Source of the DNA: Pocillopora damicornis | Taxonomy: Eukaryota | Reading direction: 5' to 3' | Assembly: GCF_003704095.1 (NCBI RefSeq) | Contig: NW_020847344.1 | Coordinates: 186,001-250,000, forward strand | Length of the DNA stretch: 64,000 nt | In this document: one piece after another, positions 29,701-41,170 of the stretch | How positions within the stretch are numbered: position 1 is the first letter of the stretch | How the letters are laid out: each line of letters opens with the position of its first letter | The notes under the pieces: generated by a model | The model's database searches: none | What the model saw: the letters and a program-made list of their open reading frames with translations, nothing else | What the model was told of the DNA's origin: nothing | Position numbers and translations under genes: made by a program

Positions 29701-32341
29701 CTTACTACCGTCTGCGTCTATCCTTGAACTGAACGAATTAAGTGCTACTAATGTTTTTTCGTTTAAACAATGCAGGTTTTGTCACTTTTCGTATATTTTG
29801 TCATCATCATTTTCTTGTCTCCAGGGCTCGAAACTTGCAAAATGCGAGTGATTTTGTAAATCTGCGAGTGAGAAAAATATTCACTAGCAAACGTTTGTTT
29901 GCTGGAATCATCCATGTCTCCGAAACATGAAGTAGATAGGTGGTGGCTGTTAGGACAACGACAAAGGAGATCAAATATTTAATACCTTTTTATTAAACTT
30001 TTCAACTCATTAATAGCCTGTGCGAAATATCAATTCTAATCTTTATATCAGATATGGTCACTGACATTTCAAAGTGAAAGAATTTGCTAGTGGTCTCACC
30101 ACTTTGCTGGTGGAAAAAAAATTACCTACAAAACTTTGCAAGTGGACTAAAAAGTTAACTTTGAGCCCTGGTCTCCGTTACAGTACATCCAAATCAAACG
30201 GTTAAAGTGCGGTCACTTCGTTCCACGTCAGGTCGCTCAGCAAAAGAGCTGAGCCCTAAGCCCCCTTGTCCACGGAATCCCATACCAAAGTGTGGCAGAG
30301 TATGCAGGTCAAGTATTGGCTTGTCATCAGGGATCACCTTCCCACTGATCCTCAGACCCGAGGAACCTGCCTTCATCTTCGTTATTTTGAGGATCGTTTA
30401 GAGCAATTTACAACTAAATGGCTGAAAAATTAAACCAACTTTATTATAATTGTTAGTCAGAAAAAAGGTGAACATCATCATTAGCAACGAGAACTCAAAT
30501 AGAAAACTGGCAAGCTGTTTGAAGTGCATGAAAACGCAAGTGACAAAGCCGCGATTTGGCGTTTTAGTTCTGCACCTGATTGGTTAAGATTGCGGCGCGA
30601 GTTATCTTGACGAATCAGAATGAAGTAAAGCAAAACCAAGGCATTCCCGGATACTTTTGGCCGCTCATTTGAAAATGTTTATACATGCAATCGTTGTTTA
30701 TCTTCTTCATCGTTTATCATGTTTCCCTTTTTTGGTTTCATCTTACCTCCTTAATGCCGTCTAAACTGGCCAAAATGTTAAGACTTCCTCATTCTAAGGC
30801 TCTTATAGAGTTTTCTTAGTGTCAAATAAGGCGAGTTCTGTCCTTAAACCTTGACTTTACCTGGGTCCTTTGGGGTACGATGTCTTCCAAACAAGTCCAT
30901 GTAGCTTCATTTCAGAATATTATAGTGGTATTTTCGATAATTTCCGTCACTAATGCGAAGGATCCTCCTCTGTCTTTGTGAAGTGTTGATGACATAAAGA
31001 GAGACCAGTCTGTTTCTTAATTCCCTTGTCTACTCTTGTTCGTCATGATTTCATAGACCATAATTCAGATGGAATTCTTTGCTACAGCAGCCTCCGAAAA
31101 ATACTTCAAGAATGCATTAGAATATAAACCTGAACGCTGGTTGAGAGAAAACAAGAAAAATATTGATCCCTTTGCATTCCTTCCATTTGGCTTTGGTCCG
31201 CGCATGTGTATTGGTGAGTTGTTCTTACTGATAATGGGCGTAAAGATGTTCCCTCTTCAAAGTAAACTTTTGGGGACTAGTACTCTCCCAACATGGGTTT
31301 GTTTTTCTAAATTCGCAACGGTTGTCAAATGACTTTTTTATTTCTAGAAATGTGTCATTTTGCTCCAATACTGGTTTTTCTCGCCATCAGTCGATTAGTT
31401 TTGTCGTTTACATCCAAGCAATAACCAAGGGTATGCATCGAAGACTTTTCCACGTGCGGATACTGTGACCTCCATTATGAATTAAAGTCAGGTCACCATA
31501 GTCATGAGGTTTACGAGGGGAGAGGAAGGGTTGGGGCGAGTTTGGAAACGTGCAATACTTACCTGGTCATATTAGTGACAAATCATGGAATTGTTAAACT
31601 GCTCAACTGGGAGGAAAACGTACCATGAAAGTAAATTGTCCCGAATAGATTGTCGGCTTAAAAAAATATATATATATACTTAAGTCTTCATGAGGTTTTT
31701 TTCGGTTTTTGTTACAGGCAGCAGAGTGGCAGAGCTGGAAACATATCTTCTGGTTGCAAAGGTAGGCTAGTATTTGTGTGGCAACAAGATCCAAAGAAAG
31801 GAGATGAGATTGATTCCTTCCCACACTGCGAATTTCTCTTGTAACTTGTTCCAGAAGTCTGTCGTAACCCACTCGGAAGGTGGGCAGAAAGTGTACGGAA
31901 TCTTTACTCCGGAATGAACAGAAAAGTCTTTCAACGTTTTGAAAAAGTATTAGCATGATGTTGAACGGGAAAAACGTATAGAGTCTTTTTTTCTTTTGCG
32001 GTTTGTTATGAAATCTCTCATGAATGAACTTTTGCTTGAGCATTCCTTGAATTACGCAAAATATAGTCGATTTTACTTCAGCCTATGCAGGGGGGTAACT
32101 CGTGTGCAAGATGATTAATGGGGTTCTGTACAAAAAAACTAAAGTTAACAATAGTAGAGGCAATGTACTCTTTTCGTATTGGCTAAGCCATGTTGTGCGC
32201 TGATAGTATTCCTCGCCACACAAACTGTAGGTTATTCAACGCTTCCGGTTAGAGTATCACCATGAGCCACTGGAAATGTATCAGAAGATGTCAGCAGTTC
32301 CAGAGAAACCGGTCAGGATCAAGTTTATAGATCGACATTAA
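23740..32341 (+). CDS. Cytochrome P450, mitochondrial clan (CYP27/24/11-like), copy A; start codon lies in or before the gap
   Basis: Exons <23740-24124, 26423-26622, 27602-27892, 28416-28513, 29316-29482 (GC donor), 29610-29688, 31057-31213, 31718-31761, 32231-32341. Motifs [26 protein letters not shown]-helix GGVDTT, K-helix [11 protein letters not shown] (ExxR with mito-type basic residues), PERW, heme [10 protein letters not shown]. Confidence 0.93.
24822..25153 (+). mobile_element. Degenerate MITE family 2 copy in P450-A intron 1
   Basis: aggtaggtgaggtaa...ccccac.tatcatgt.aac...aaacaggccctta shared with 45750-46442. Confidence 0.6.
30160..30385 (+). mobile_element. 5'-truncated RTE-clade LINE 3' remnant in a P450-A intron
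   Basis: Peptide [15 protein letters not shown] resembles the C-terminal CxxCGRxCxSRIGLxSH motif of RTE ORFs, followed by a short tail (gccttcatcttc). Confidence 0.5.
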
Positions 32342-33150
32342 AAGGATGATGTTTAAGGGATTTTGATCTCGACATTCTCGCTCTAGCACCATTTCTATTT
32401 TCAATAGATATGATTTTTAAGAAAGACAAGTAATGGAATCTAAGCAAGCCGACAAAGCTTTAGAGCATATATGCATTTGCTGAATTAATATTAACACTCT
32501 AGATGAGCCGATATACTGCGGAGACTCTAATTACATCAAACGAATGCCTTGTCGTTGATAAATTCACCATTATATTTTTATCGAAAGATGTTGCTGTAGC
32601 TACAGTATAGTTTTTCATACAACTGTTACGTTTAATGAAAGAGTAAATGACTCAATTAGCCAAATAAGTGGAATTTTTATCACCGCGAGTGTGCATCAAT
32701 TCTTTTTAATAATTAGAAGAAAACTCAAGGCATATTAAACTCATTAATAGGTTTATTTTGGTGGAAATTTACTTTGCGTCTGTCCTCTGAGGGGAATAAA
32801 ATTAGGTTAAGATGTCGTCCAGTTTCAACGAGTGGCCAAGCACATCCTGCATGGTAACCAAACCAAGCTTAAAAATAGTTTCTTTTCTTACAAAGTAACA
32901 ATGGTTTCCAAATGGTAAACTCTATTACACTCAGAAGTACTAAATATCTCAATTATTATTACATCATTCATAGTCTATGGAAAAGTCATTTAGTTAATAG
33001 AAAATCATAGAGATTGTTGCCTGGAACTGAAAGCGTCAAAAATATTTCATAAAAATGGTAATGTCACCAAAGATTAACTTTAAAATGTTTAGTCACATTA
33101 TTAAACAATGAATTTCACAATATTGAACGTATATCATGAATAAAGACTAA

Positions 33151-36100
33151 TCACCCGGACAAATCACGTATGTTCTTAATTAAATGTTCACGTGGAATCT
33201 CACCCTGCCGGAGGATGTGGTAATGAAAGTCAGGTATAGAAAACCTGGCACTGAGTGATTTGTGCTTGAGTTTTCTCGCATTTACGAAAGTCATTTGTCC
33301 AATCATGTAACTCGTCACGGCTCCTGGGGAGCTTTGAAACCGCGTGATATCCTTGGAGGCCGTGGTGCGACTTCCCCAAGCGTACTTATTATACAGGAGT
33401 TCAGCGTTTATCCGGGACATATTATAGTAGTTGATGTTTATGTCCGGGAAGGTGTGCAGTGCAGCCAGGATCTAGTCAAAATGAACAATACGAGAAAATA
33501 TACGAGCTAACTAAAGGTTATGTCGTTGTCACCTCAAGGTGATGCCCTGGTAGTTGTTCGTGTACAGTTGTGGTCCACTCAGTGTACTTCGGTCCAAAAT
33601 TGTCTATAAAGAAAGGCAGCATATGCAGAGAAGGAGTCTGGCAGCTAGCACTGTTGGATTTGACGTACTGGTGAAAAACTGCCTCCAAGTGGTACCACGG
33701 AACTACCTTAATTGCACTGTCAGGAATGGTTTTCATTGGTCCAATGCCGTAAAAAAGCGGGGCCATCTTGGGCCTGATCTGTTTCATTTCCTGTCAAGTG
33801 AAAACAAAGTCGGCTGATGTTGGTAATCGCATGCTTCTCACTAAAAATCGTATTTGAGAAAAGTAAGTAACGAGTCAGAGAGAAAGAAGATGCACGTGTC
33901 TATCTTTGTTGTACTTTCAATCTATGCTTGCATGACCTTCCATCTGTTGGGGCAAAACAACCGCGATGCCTTTTCATCAATACAGTGGAAAAATGCAGCC
34001 TCGTCGAACTCTTTCGCAGGAAACGGATGTGGGTTGAAAAACGTGGCCCGTGATTCAGTAAGATTTGCCTTAATTGAATTATACAAACGGACGACCAAGG
34101 GTGTTCTGTAACCAAGTTGAAACCGGTTGTCTTTCATTTAGCAAGATCAAGCTGTGTAACATCGAGAGACCATATTATCATTGAACAGGGACTGACATAC
34201 GGACAGAATTGGAAATGCGTTGTTCTTATCAAGAATGTAACCTTAAAGTTCTTTAGAGCTTTTCAGCACAGCTATACAATGATACATTTTGTCAAGGTGG
34301 AAGTTGACAGACTTAACAAACAATTCTTTCATATTCCAAGCTGGTTCAAAGACTGAGGACTAAATTCGATCTTAGAGTCAATATTTTTATCTTCCAGGCT
34401 ATATCACTTGCAAAATTGTACATACTTAATCAGTATGATGACATGAAATTTGTTAAAGAGTTAACGCTCATACGTCATTACTGTACCTTCCCTCTTCTGA
34501 TATCTTGGGTTTAAGATAATTCATGTGACACTCACGTGAGACGAAAGTTCGTCCAACTTTTCCTGTGAGATATGTTTCAGTTTTTCCGGCGATACAACAA
34601 GCGTTGTGAAAACTGATATAAGTTTCAAATAAGTCTGTGCGCCGCTTAATCTGTCCCTTGAGGGTAACTCCTGAGTGGTTGGCTGGTCACTCTTCGCTAT
34701 CTCATCCACGTACATATATGGAAGAGGGAGACTGGATAATCCACTTGCCACGTTGCTCGGAATGCAATGACGAATGTATTCTGTCTCTAAATGTCTGAAA
34801 AGCAACAAATTGAAATAGTCTCCAAATCCCGAAACTGAAAGGGCTTTTGCAAATAAAAAAATGGCCAATCAGAAGAAAGGAATTATTTTGAAGAGCCAAG
34901 AACACAAAGCCAACCAAATTGACACTTGCGCGGGTAGATGCGGGTGACCAAGTCGTGATTACTTCAACTTTAGTTTTGTATCCGATGGTTGAGAGAGTGA
35001 CACGAGTTTTCTGGACCAATAACATAGCGACACATAGTAAAACCAAAGCAATTTCATTCAAACATACACCTCATAGAGCCATAATGATATAGACATTTCA
35101 AATCCATATATACACTTCTCATTCAAAGCCATGCTGCAGGCTTGTTACCTTATCAGCTTATAGAGAGGTCTCCCAAGATTCTCTATGATAGATTGCCGCA
35201 GATATTCTGCCACTGTCTGTCCATACAACTGTGTCCATTTTTGTCTTGCTTCTGGGACTAGTTTCTCGAGAAACTCTTCCCCAAGGATCATCTTTGCGAC
35301 TTGAGTCTTTAGTGCACCTAGCAAATAGGCAAGCACATTGTTTCTGTTGTTGTTATCATTTTCTGTGTATTATCACACTTTGTCGAGTTAGGTTTTTTTC
35401 CTTTTTTTATCTCTGGTAGCTAAGTTAGGGAGAACGAGAGTATCTCTCTTTATATCTAAATAAGTTATTTACTTTAAATTCTCGTTAGTTCAGTTTTTTT
35501 AAAATCTTTTTAACAAGAAATATTATCAGATAATCACATTATCTGCAAACAGGCACGCCGCAAAATAGGTATCAAAAATAGAGTACATGATTGAATAAAT
35601 CAGTAAGTAAATCTTTACACGAGGTTTACTTCTCTCAAGAACTGTGAAGTTGTTTTTGAGCTTTTTTTTCCGTGTCAAAGTACGACATAGATGATCATTT
35701 ATGTCTTTAAATCTTTTTTTAAGCAGAGATAGGCAGTAATTTTGTTACAGTAACCGAAAGAGTAGGTCTGTTATTCGTTGTTTTTTTTTTCCTTTTTTGT
35801 TTGCCTCTCAAAGCCATCGAGGTCATTATAAGCCAGAAAAATCCAAATTAAGCAATTATTTCGGCTCTAAAAGTCACTCATTTGTCATTCATCATCAAGC
35901 AATGTTTTCTTTTTTCTTTTTTTCCGAAATTTGAAGAGCGATATGATCAGTGGAAATGCAAGTTAGTTGAAGTACAGTTTCTACTGCACAGGAAATCTGT
36001 AATGGAGTATCAAAAATGGGTTATAGTCTTTGGAGTCAGCTGGGGCAGTTAGAATGGTCTGTCGTCGCTTGGCTCCTCAATCTTATCATCAAAAAATCAT

Positions 36101-36868
36101 TTTCTGTCCCGACTTTGAAATATTGATTTTTCTCAATAAATTCAATATACTGTCAACACCTAAATCCTATGATCCTTACAGTGGGCGGCTAACCTTTTGA
36201 AACCACTTCACTAAATTTGAAGTGTCCAATGACCGATAGGACGCGGTAAAATGAACTTACGCTTACCATTTTCATTTTGATGATAATAATGCAGGATTAT
36301 AATCATAGTTTACCTGTTTCGTTTGAGATGGCTATCGAGAGGAAATTCTTCTTAAATTCACGTACTCCCACAGTGCATGGCTCCATAGACCGTACCATAC
36401 TCACTTTTGGAGCGCCTTTATGTTATCGCTATATTGACGAATTAATTTGTTATGTTATTCTAAAATACCGTTCAACAGTTGTATGTCGGTGAAACTTTGG
36501 GGTTTAAAATGAGGTAAAGAAACTTAAGACGCCTTAATAAATTGTACACAGGTTGCCAACAGAACATGTTCGGTCCCAGCAGCCAATCTCCAGAGTAGTA
36601 ATTTATTTCATATGGGCTCCATCCGAAAGAAACCTTTGAAATGTGTTTGGCGACGTACATGGCCTTCTTTTCTCGCCGGTTGAATTTGCTTTCGTTCACG
36701 TCCGCTAAAACGCCAGTTTGTAGCTCATTGTAGAGAGTAGTACGAGCATCAGTGTATTTTTCATAGCCTCTGGACGGAAATCGTAAGGACGATAGAACTT
36801 TCGAACCTCGGACGAAGTTACGCCAGGTTTGGATGCAATCATATAAGGATGATACTTGTAGTACTCAG
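33151..36868 (-). pseudogene. DUF885-family (zincin-like) protein pseudogene, intron-containing
   Basis: Exon remnants 36314-~36868, 35149-35317, 34536-34794, ~33900-34190, 33533-33790, 33151-33471. Motifs HEQLPGHHLE, RFQSSPGAVTSYMIGQ and FSIPDFHYHILRQGEIP are DUF885-like. Lesions: frameshift at the T-run 36757-36761, in-frame TAA 36455-36457, further frameshifts near 36520 and 36410, TAG at 33922-33924, and no exon carrying the EGW(A/G)LY(A)E motif. Confidence 0.75.
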
Positions 36869-37980
36869 ACTATCTATCTATCTATCTGAACCGCACTAAA
36901 CGGCGGTTGGAAAACAAAAAACTTTTCTTTCTTGTTTTCAACAAATTCCAACTTCGACGAACTGGAAGGCAGCCTTTTCTGTCTTGTGGAAGGCATGTTT
37001 TCTGGTAGCGGATTCACAGTGTCCATATATCAAGCGAGCCAGCTGTATGTCGTAATCTACGTTATACAGTCAAGCAATTGCCACAGGCCTTAATATTTCT
37101 CAAACAGTTTTCATTGGCTCTCTGCAGACTGGATTGGGTCAAAAAGAGCTTAATTACTTGAACAGCCCTATGTGCCTTGAGAATAAGTTCGATTATAAAA
37201 TTTGTGCCTGGTTACATCATAGCAAAAAGCTAAAATTAATAGCAGAGTAGATTGGCTATTCAGCACATTATCTCGAAGGTGGTTCTTATTTTTTTTATGA
37301 CAGAGGACAATTATGGTGCTCAGTAATCTCAGCATGCGATGACGCAAAGATATTCATTGATCTGATAATTAGATAACTGTTGCAACAAACCGAGCTGATC
37401 TGATAGCACACAAGTAATTAGCCAATGTTCTAATTGTCGATATGGTTTTCCTTTCTCTAAGAAATGAAGAGCGCCTTTTCAATAGTTTGTAGTTTTACTC
37501 TTTTGCTCATATGATTTGCGTATAAATCTTGCTACTGTTTAAAACTAGTTTCGTAAACATCAGCTTTTCACTATGTTTGAGGAGAAACTAAGAAATTATT
37601 TGAAAAACATTGAATATAATTTTGGCACGTATTATTGATTTATAATTTCTAACCAAAGCGGACAGAAGGACAAACGAAGTGGAAGAACTGAGGCTCTGCA
37701 ACAGCGGCCTATCTTACCCGGGTACCTAGACTGGATGCTGGTGTTAAAACGAAAAAAGATTGACTGTCGGGTATCATTTTATGGCGCGTCGTAACTTCAT
37801 TTTTAATCCTGCNNNNNNNNNNNNNNNNNNNNNNNNNNNNNNNNNNNNNNNNNNNNNNNNNNNNNNNNNNNNNNNNNNNNNNNNNNNNNNNNNNNNNNNN
37901 NNNNNNNNNNNNAGCTAACAAGCCAACTAGGGGCTGGTTATTATGTTGATTTTAAATAAACCCGTGAAGTGGTGAATAAA

Positions 37981-38149
37981 TGACTGTAAATATATGAAAT
38001 CATATATGTGAACTGCGATTAAAGAAACGGATATGGAACAAGCCTTGTTTTCACTATCACTTAAGTAGTGATCATAACTGCGAGGATCGCCTCAATATTC
38101 GTTTCTTCGACTGCAGTTCACATGTATGATTTTCATATATTTCCAGTCA
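37981..38149. repeat. Palindromic short interspersed element (~55-bp inverted arms)
   Basis: tgactgtaaatatatgaaatcatatatgtgaactgcg...aagaaacg versus cgtttcttcgactgcagttcacatgtatgattttcatatatttccagtca. Confidence 0.75.
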
Positions 38150-39674
38150 AGTATTTTCCTTGTTACTATTAATAATAAAACTAAATTATCGCATTAAACT
38201 TGTTACACCCATGCGGAAGGTGTTGTTCAGCCATCTGCGCCGAAGATGAGGCTTACAAGTTCTTTCTTAATCAGAATCATGATGTTTTTTAACCAACTAG
38301 GGCATAGGTCCACACATTTTTCTAATTCATTTAACCTGCTAAAGAGACCACAAATGTCACTTTCTTTCCACCTCTTAAATGAACATCAAACTTTCTTTAA
38401 ATTAACCTTTGGACACATTCTTGGCATAACATCCAAACTGCAAAAGATACTTTGATGATGAATGTGCACACCAAGAAATCGAGTATTTCTTCCCCACATC
38501 TGGTAAAGGTAAGGACTAAAAACTTTTTCTATCCCATCGGGATGAATGCGGGCAGTGGAAGGAAAATTGTTGCGGTACCAGGAACACGTTTAGGAAAAAT
38601 TCGATCATTTCGCTATTGTTTTGTTTTTTCCGCCTGAAAAGGGCATCCTTTCACTAAATGGTAAAATCATCTACGTTTTTTAAGAATCAAGACCCTACAC
38701 ACATAATTTGTTTAGCGACTCAGACTTGTTTGAGTCAAATGGGGAACACCATGAGTCTTCTAATGGCCATAGAAGAACGTTGTAAGCAGTAGGGGTAGCA
38801 GAGCAGTTGCTTGAGCTGGGTTCGTAAGAAAACATGCTGTAAGAGGCAAGAACTTTTTGAATGGTTTTCCGAACATTTTAAAATTTTATTACACCTACGT
38901 ACATACTTAGCACTGACGACTTATTAATTCATATTTTAAAGGGACGATGAAGTAGCTCTGAAAAATTTCCAGTATCGTAAAACGTAACAGAAGCAAAGGG
39001 GTGAGGTCTATCTTGCCAATGAGAACTCCTGATCAGGGATTACAGAGGAAATTGCATCTAGGACCTGTTTACGCAAGCTCAAGTTGAACTTCTAGTAAAA
39101 GCAATGGTGAAATCTACCATTTACATGAAATGTGTTTGCATTTGGAGAAAAAAGAAAAGATACGTATAAACTTTGCTTTGACAATTTGTTAGCTGGTTGG
39201 CTGGCTTAAACTTGTGGAATGGGAACATGCAAAAATTTGTTAAAAATAAAGCTAAAAGCAGTCCATTCAACTTCTCAGGAGGTTTTGTGTGATTTGGTGG
39301 AAGAAATATGTTTAGTTTCCCTGGAGGTTACTATTAAAGCCAGTACTAGATTAAACGTTACTTCCCATCAAAATTCAAATGATCTGCCTCTTAAAGCTTT
39401 CTTGACCAGGTTGCTGGTATAAACACTGAAACTGTTACCAACACAACCTATAACTGTCATAAAATGATTCATTATTTTACAGCCAAAGCCACAATCATAT
39501 CTTGTCCAGGAAATGGGTTTAGTATGGCCCTATGGCACACTCAACACACCATAATAGTTTAGTAAATTTACATAGTTCACTGATGTATTGAGTCAATTTT
39601 GATTTTTCTTCTTCCCTCTGCAGCCAGTACCTCAAGTTAGAATGATGTTGGGAGCAAATACATCTCAAAGGCCC

Positions 39675-41019
39675 TTAGTAAACTACAGCATTAAGTGGAT
39701 CAGCACGAATACTACTCAAATCTAAGTTAGCATCTGCTTCCTCATCTATTTCTCCTATGACAGCACTGAAAATAAACAAATGTCAAGACTATTTAGTCCA
39801 CTGACATCATTCACACCAAAAAAGCATGGAGAAAGCGATTTTGATGTTGCAGAAAGTCATACCTCTAATGTCACTACAAGAAATAAAAATAGCTTGAGGG
39901 GCTGAGGAACATGCAAACTAGTGTTGATAAGTAAAACTCTGATGATTCAGGTTATTAAAATTCAGTTACTGTTTACAACAGACCTTTCCACCGTACTAGA
40001 TTAAAACTCGACAGGTGAGCATGGGATAAAGTCTCAAGAAACCTTGATTTTAAAAGTAACCTGCAATGTGTAAACCAGCTTACATATTATCTCCTCTGAT
40101 GATGTAAAGACCCAACATGACCTGTTCCACTCCACTTCCTGAAGAGAACACTCTCTCATGGCTCTCATCCAAAATTAAATTCACTGTTTGATCAAACCCT
40201 TTAAGGGTTCCCTAAAATAAGTCAAGAAACAAATTTTGTGAAGAAGGTTCCTTGCTCTCAAAAAAAATTGCTTCCTGCATGAAAAATAGGCAAAAGAGTA
40301 ATTTAGGGTATAAATTAGTAATTAACTAAAAGAAAACAAGAGATGAGAGGGGGAGAGGTATTGACATCTCACATGCCTTGGAGTTCGCCTTTCTGCACCC
40401 CCTGATAGGCTTATTAAAAAGTTATGACTGGTTTTAGATTTGCAATAAACTACATAATGAAATTCACGGCACAAAAATCTACAAAATCTTACCACAATCA
40501 TTCTTCCATCCTGTGTGATTACTGCTACAGTATCTATATTCTAGTGTTAAGAATGTGTACCTCGACACAGATGTAGACTCGCACATAAGAATGTACATGG
40601 TGCTTTTCTGCAGATGAACAACCTGGTAGTGACATATGTTCCCAGTCCTAGTAAGGACTAACTAGAGAACGTTTAACGTTTTGTCACGATTATAGAGTCT
40701 CAAAAAACCGAAAATGATAAACCACAGCTTACTATTTCTTCTGACGCATTAAGATTTTTCGTGGTTGAAGATTTATTAACGCTGCAAAGATTCTGAAAGT
40801 TACCGAGAGCATATTGTTTGATGTTGTGGAACACGCGCACTTTAACATAGACAATTGAAAGCACACCAGACCAATCTGATTGAAACGTGTGCTACCTGAA
40901 AGAGATATGTGCATTATCAACCAGCGAGAAATAGTTGCATTTGATAATTTCGATTCCTAATGCAAGTGATTCAAGTATAAAAGGATACGATTTACATACG
41001 TTTCCAGAGTAGTCGCCAT
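39675..41019 (-). CDS. LSM8: U6 snRNA-associated Sm-like protein LSm8 (96 aa)
   Basis: Exons 40989-41019, 40493-40533, 40084-40211, 39675-39765 translate to MATTLETYVNHTVAVITQDGRMIVGTLKGFDQTVNLILDESHERVFSSGSGVEQVMLGLYIIRGDNIAVIGEIDEEADANLDLSSIRADPLNAVVY*, closely matching known LSm8. Not in the ORF track. Confidence 0.96.
40534..40988 (-). other. U12-type (minor spliceosome) GT-AG intron 1 of LSM8
   Basis: Donor GTATCCTTT (perfect U12 consensus). Branch-like TTCTTAAC sits ~10 nt upstream of the AG. No polypyrimidine tract. Confidence 0.85.
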
Positions 41020-41170
41020 GATGGAATGAAAATGAATCCTTGGTAACCACTCCATTTAAGTTGGACACGAAATACTGGAGCAGTTCCAGTTATCCAAGAC
41101 TTTCAGTTGGACCGGAACTAGGACTAACTTTTGAGAAAAGTTTACTTTAAATTTTCCCCTTCAGTTGGCG
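41020..41170. promoter_or_regulatory. Putative bidirectional promoter of LSM8 and TatD
   Basis: Divergent start codons only 151 bp apart. Confidence 0.6.

Noticed and set aside
38230-38850. Possible small minus-strand exons (CGEEILDFLVC.../LNELEKCVDLCP...)
   Set aside because: No recognisable homology, no start exon, and stop codons in adjoining frames.
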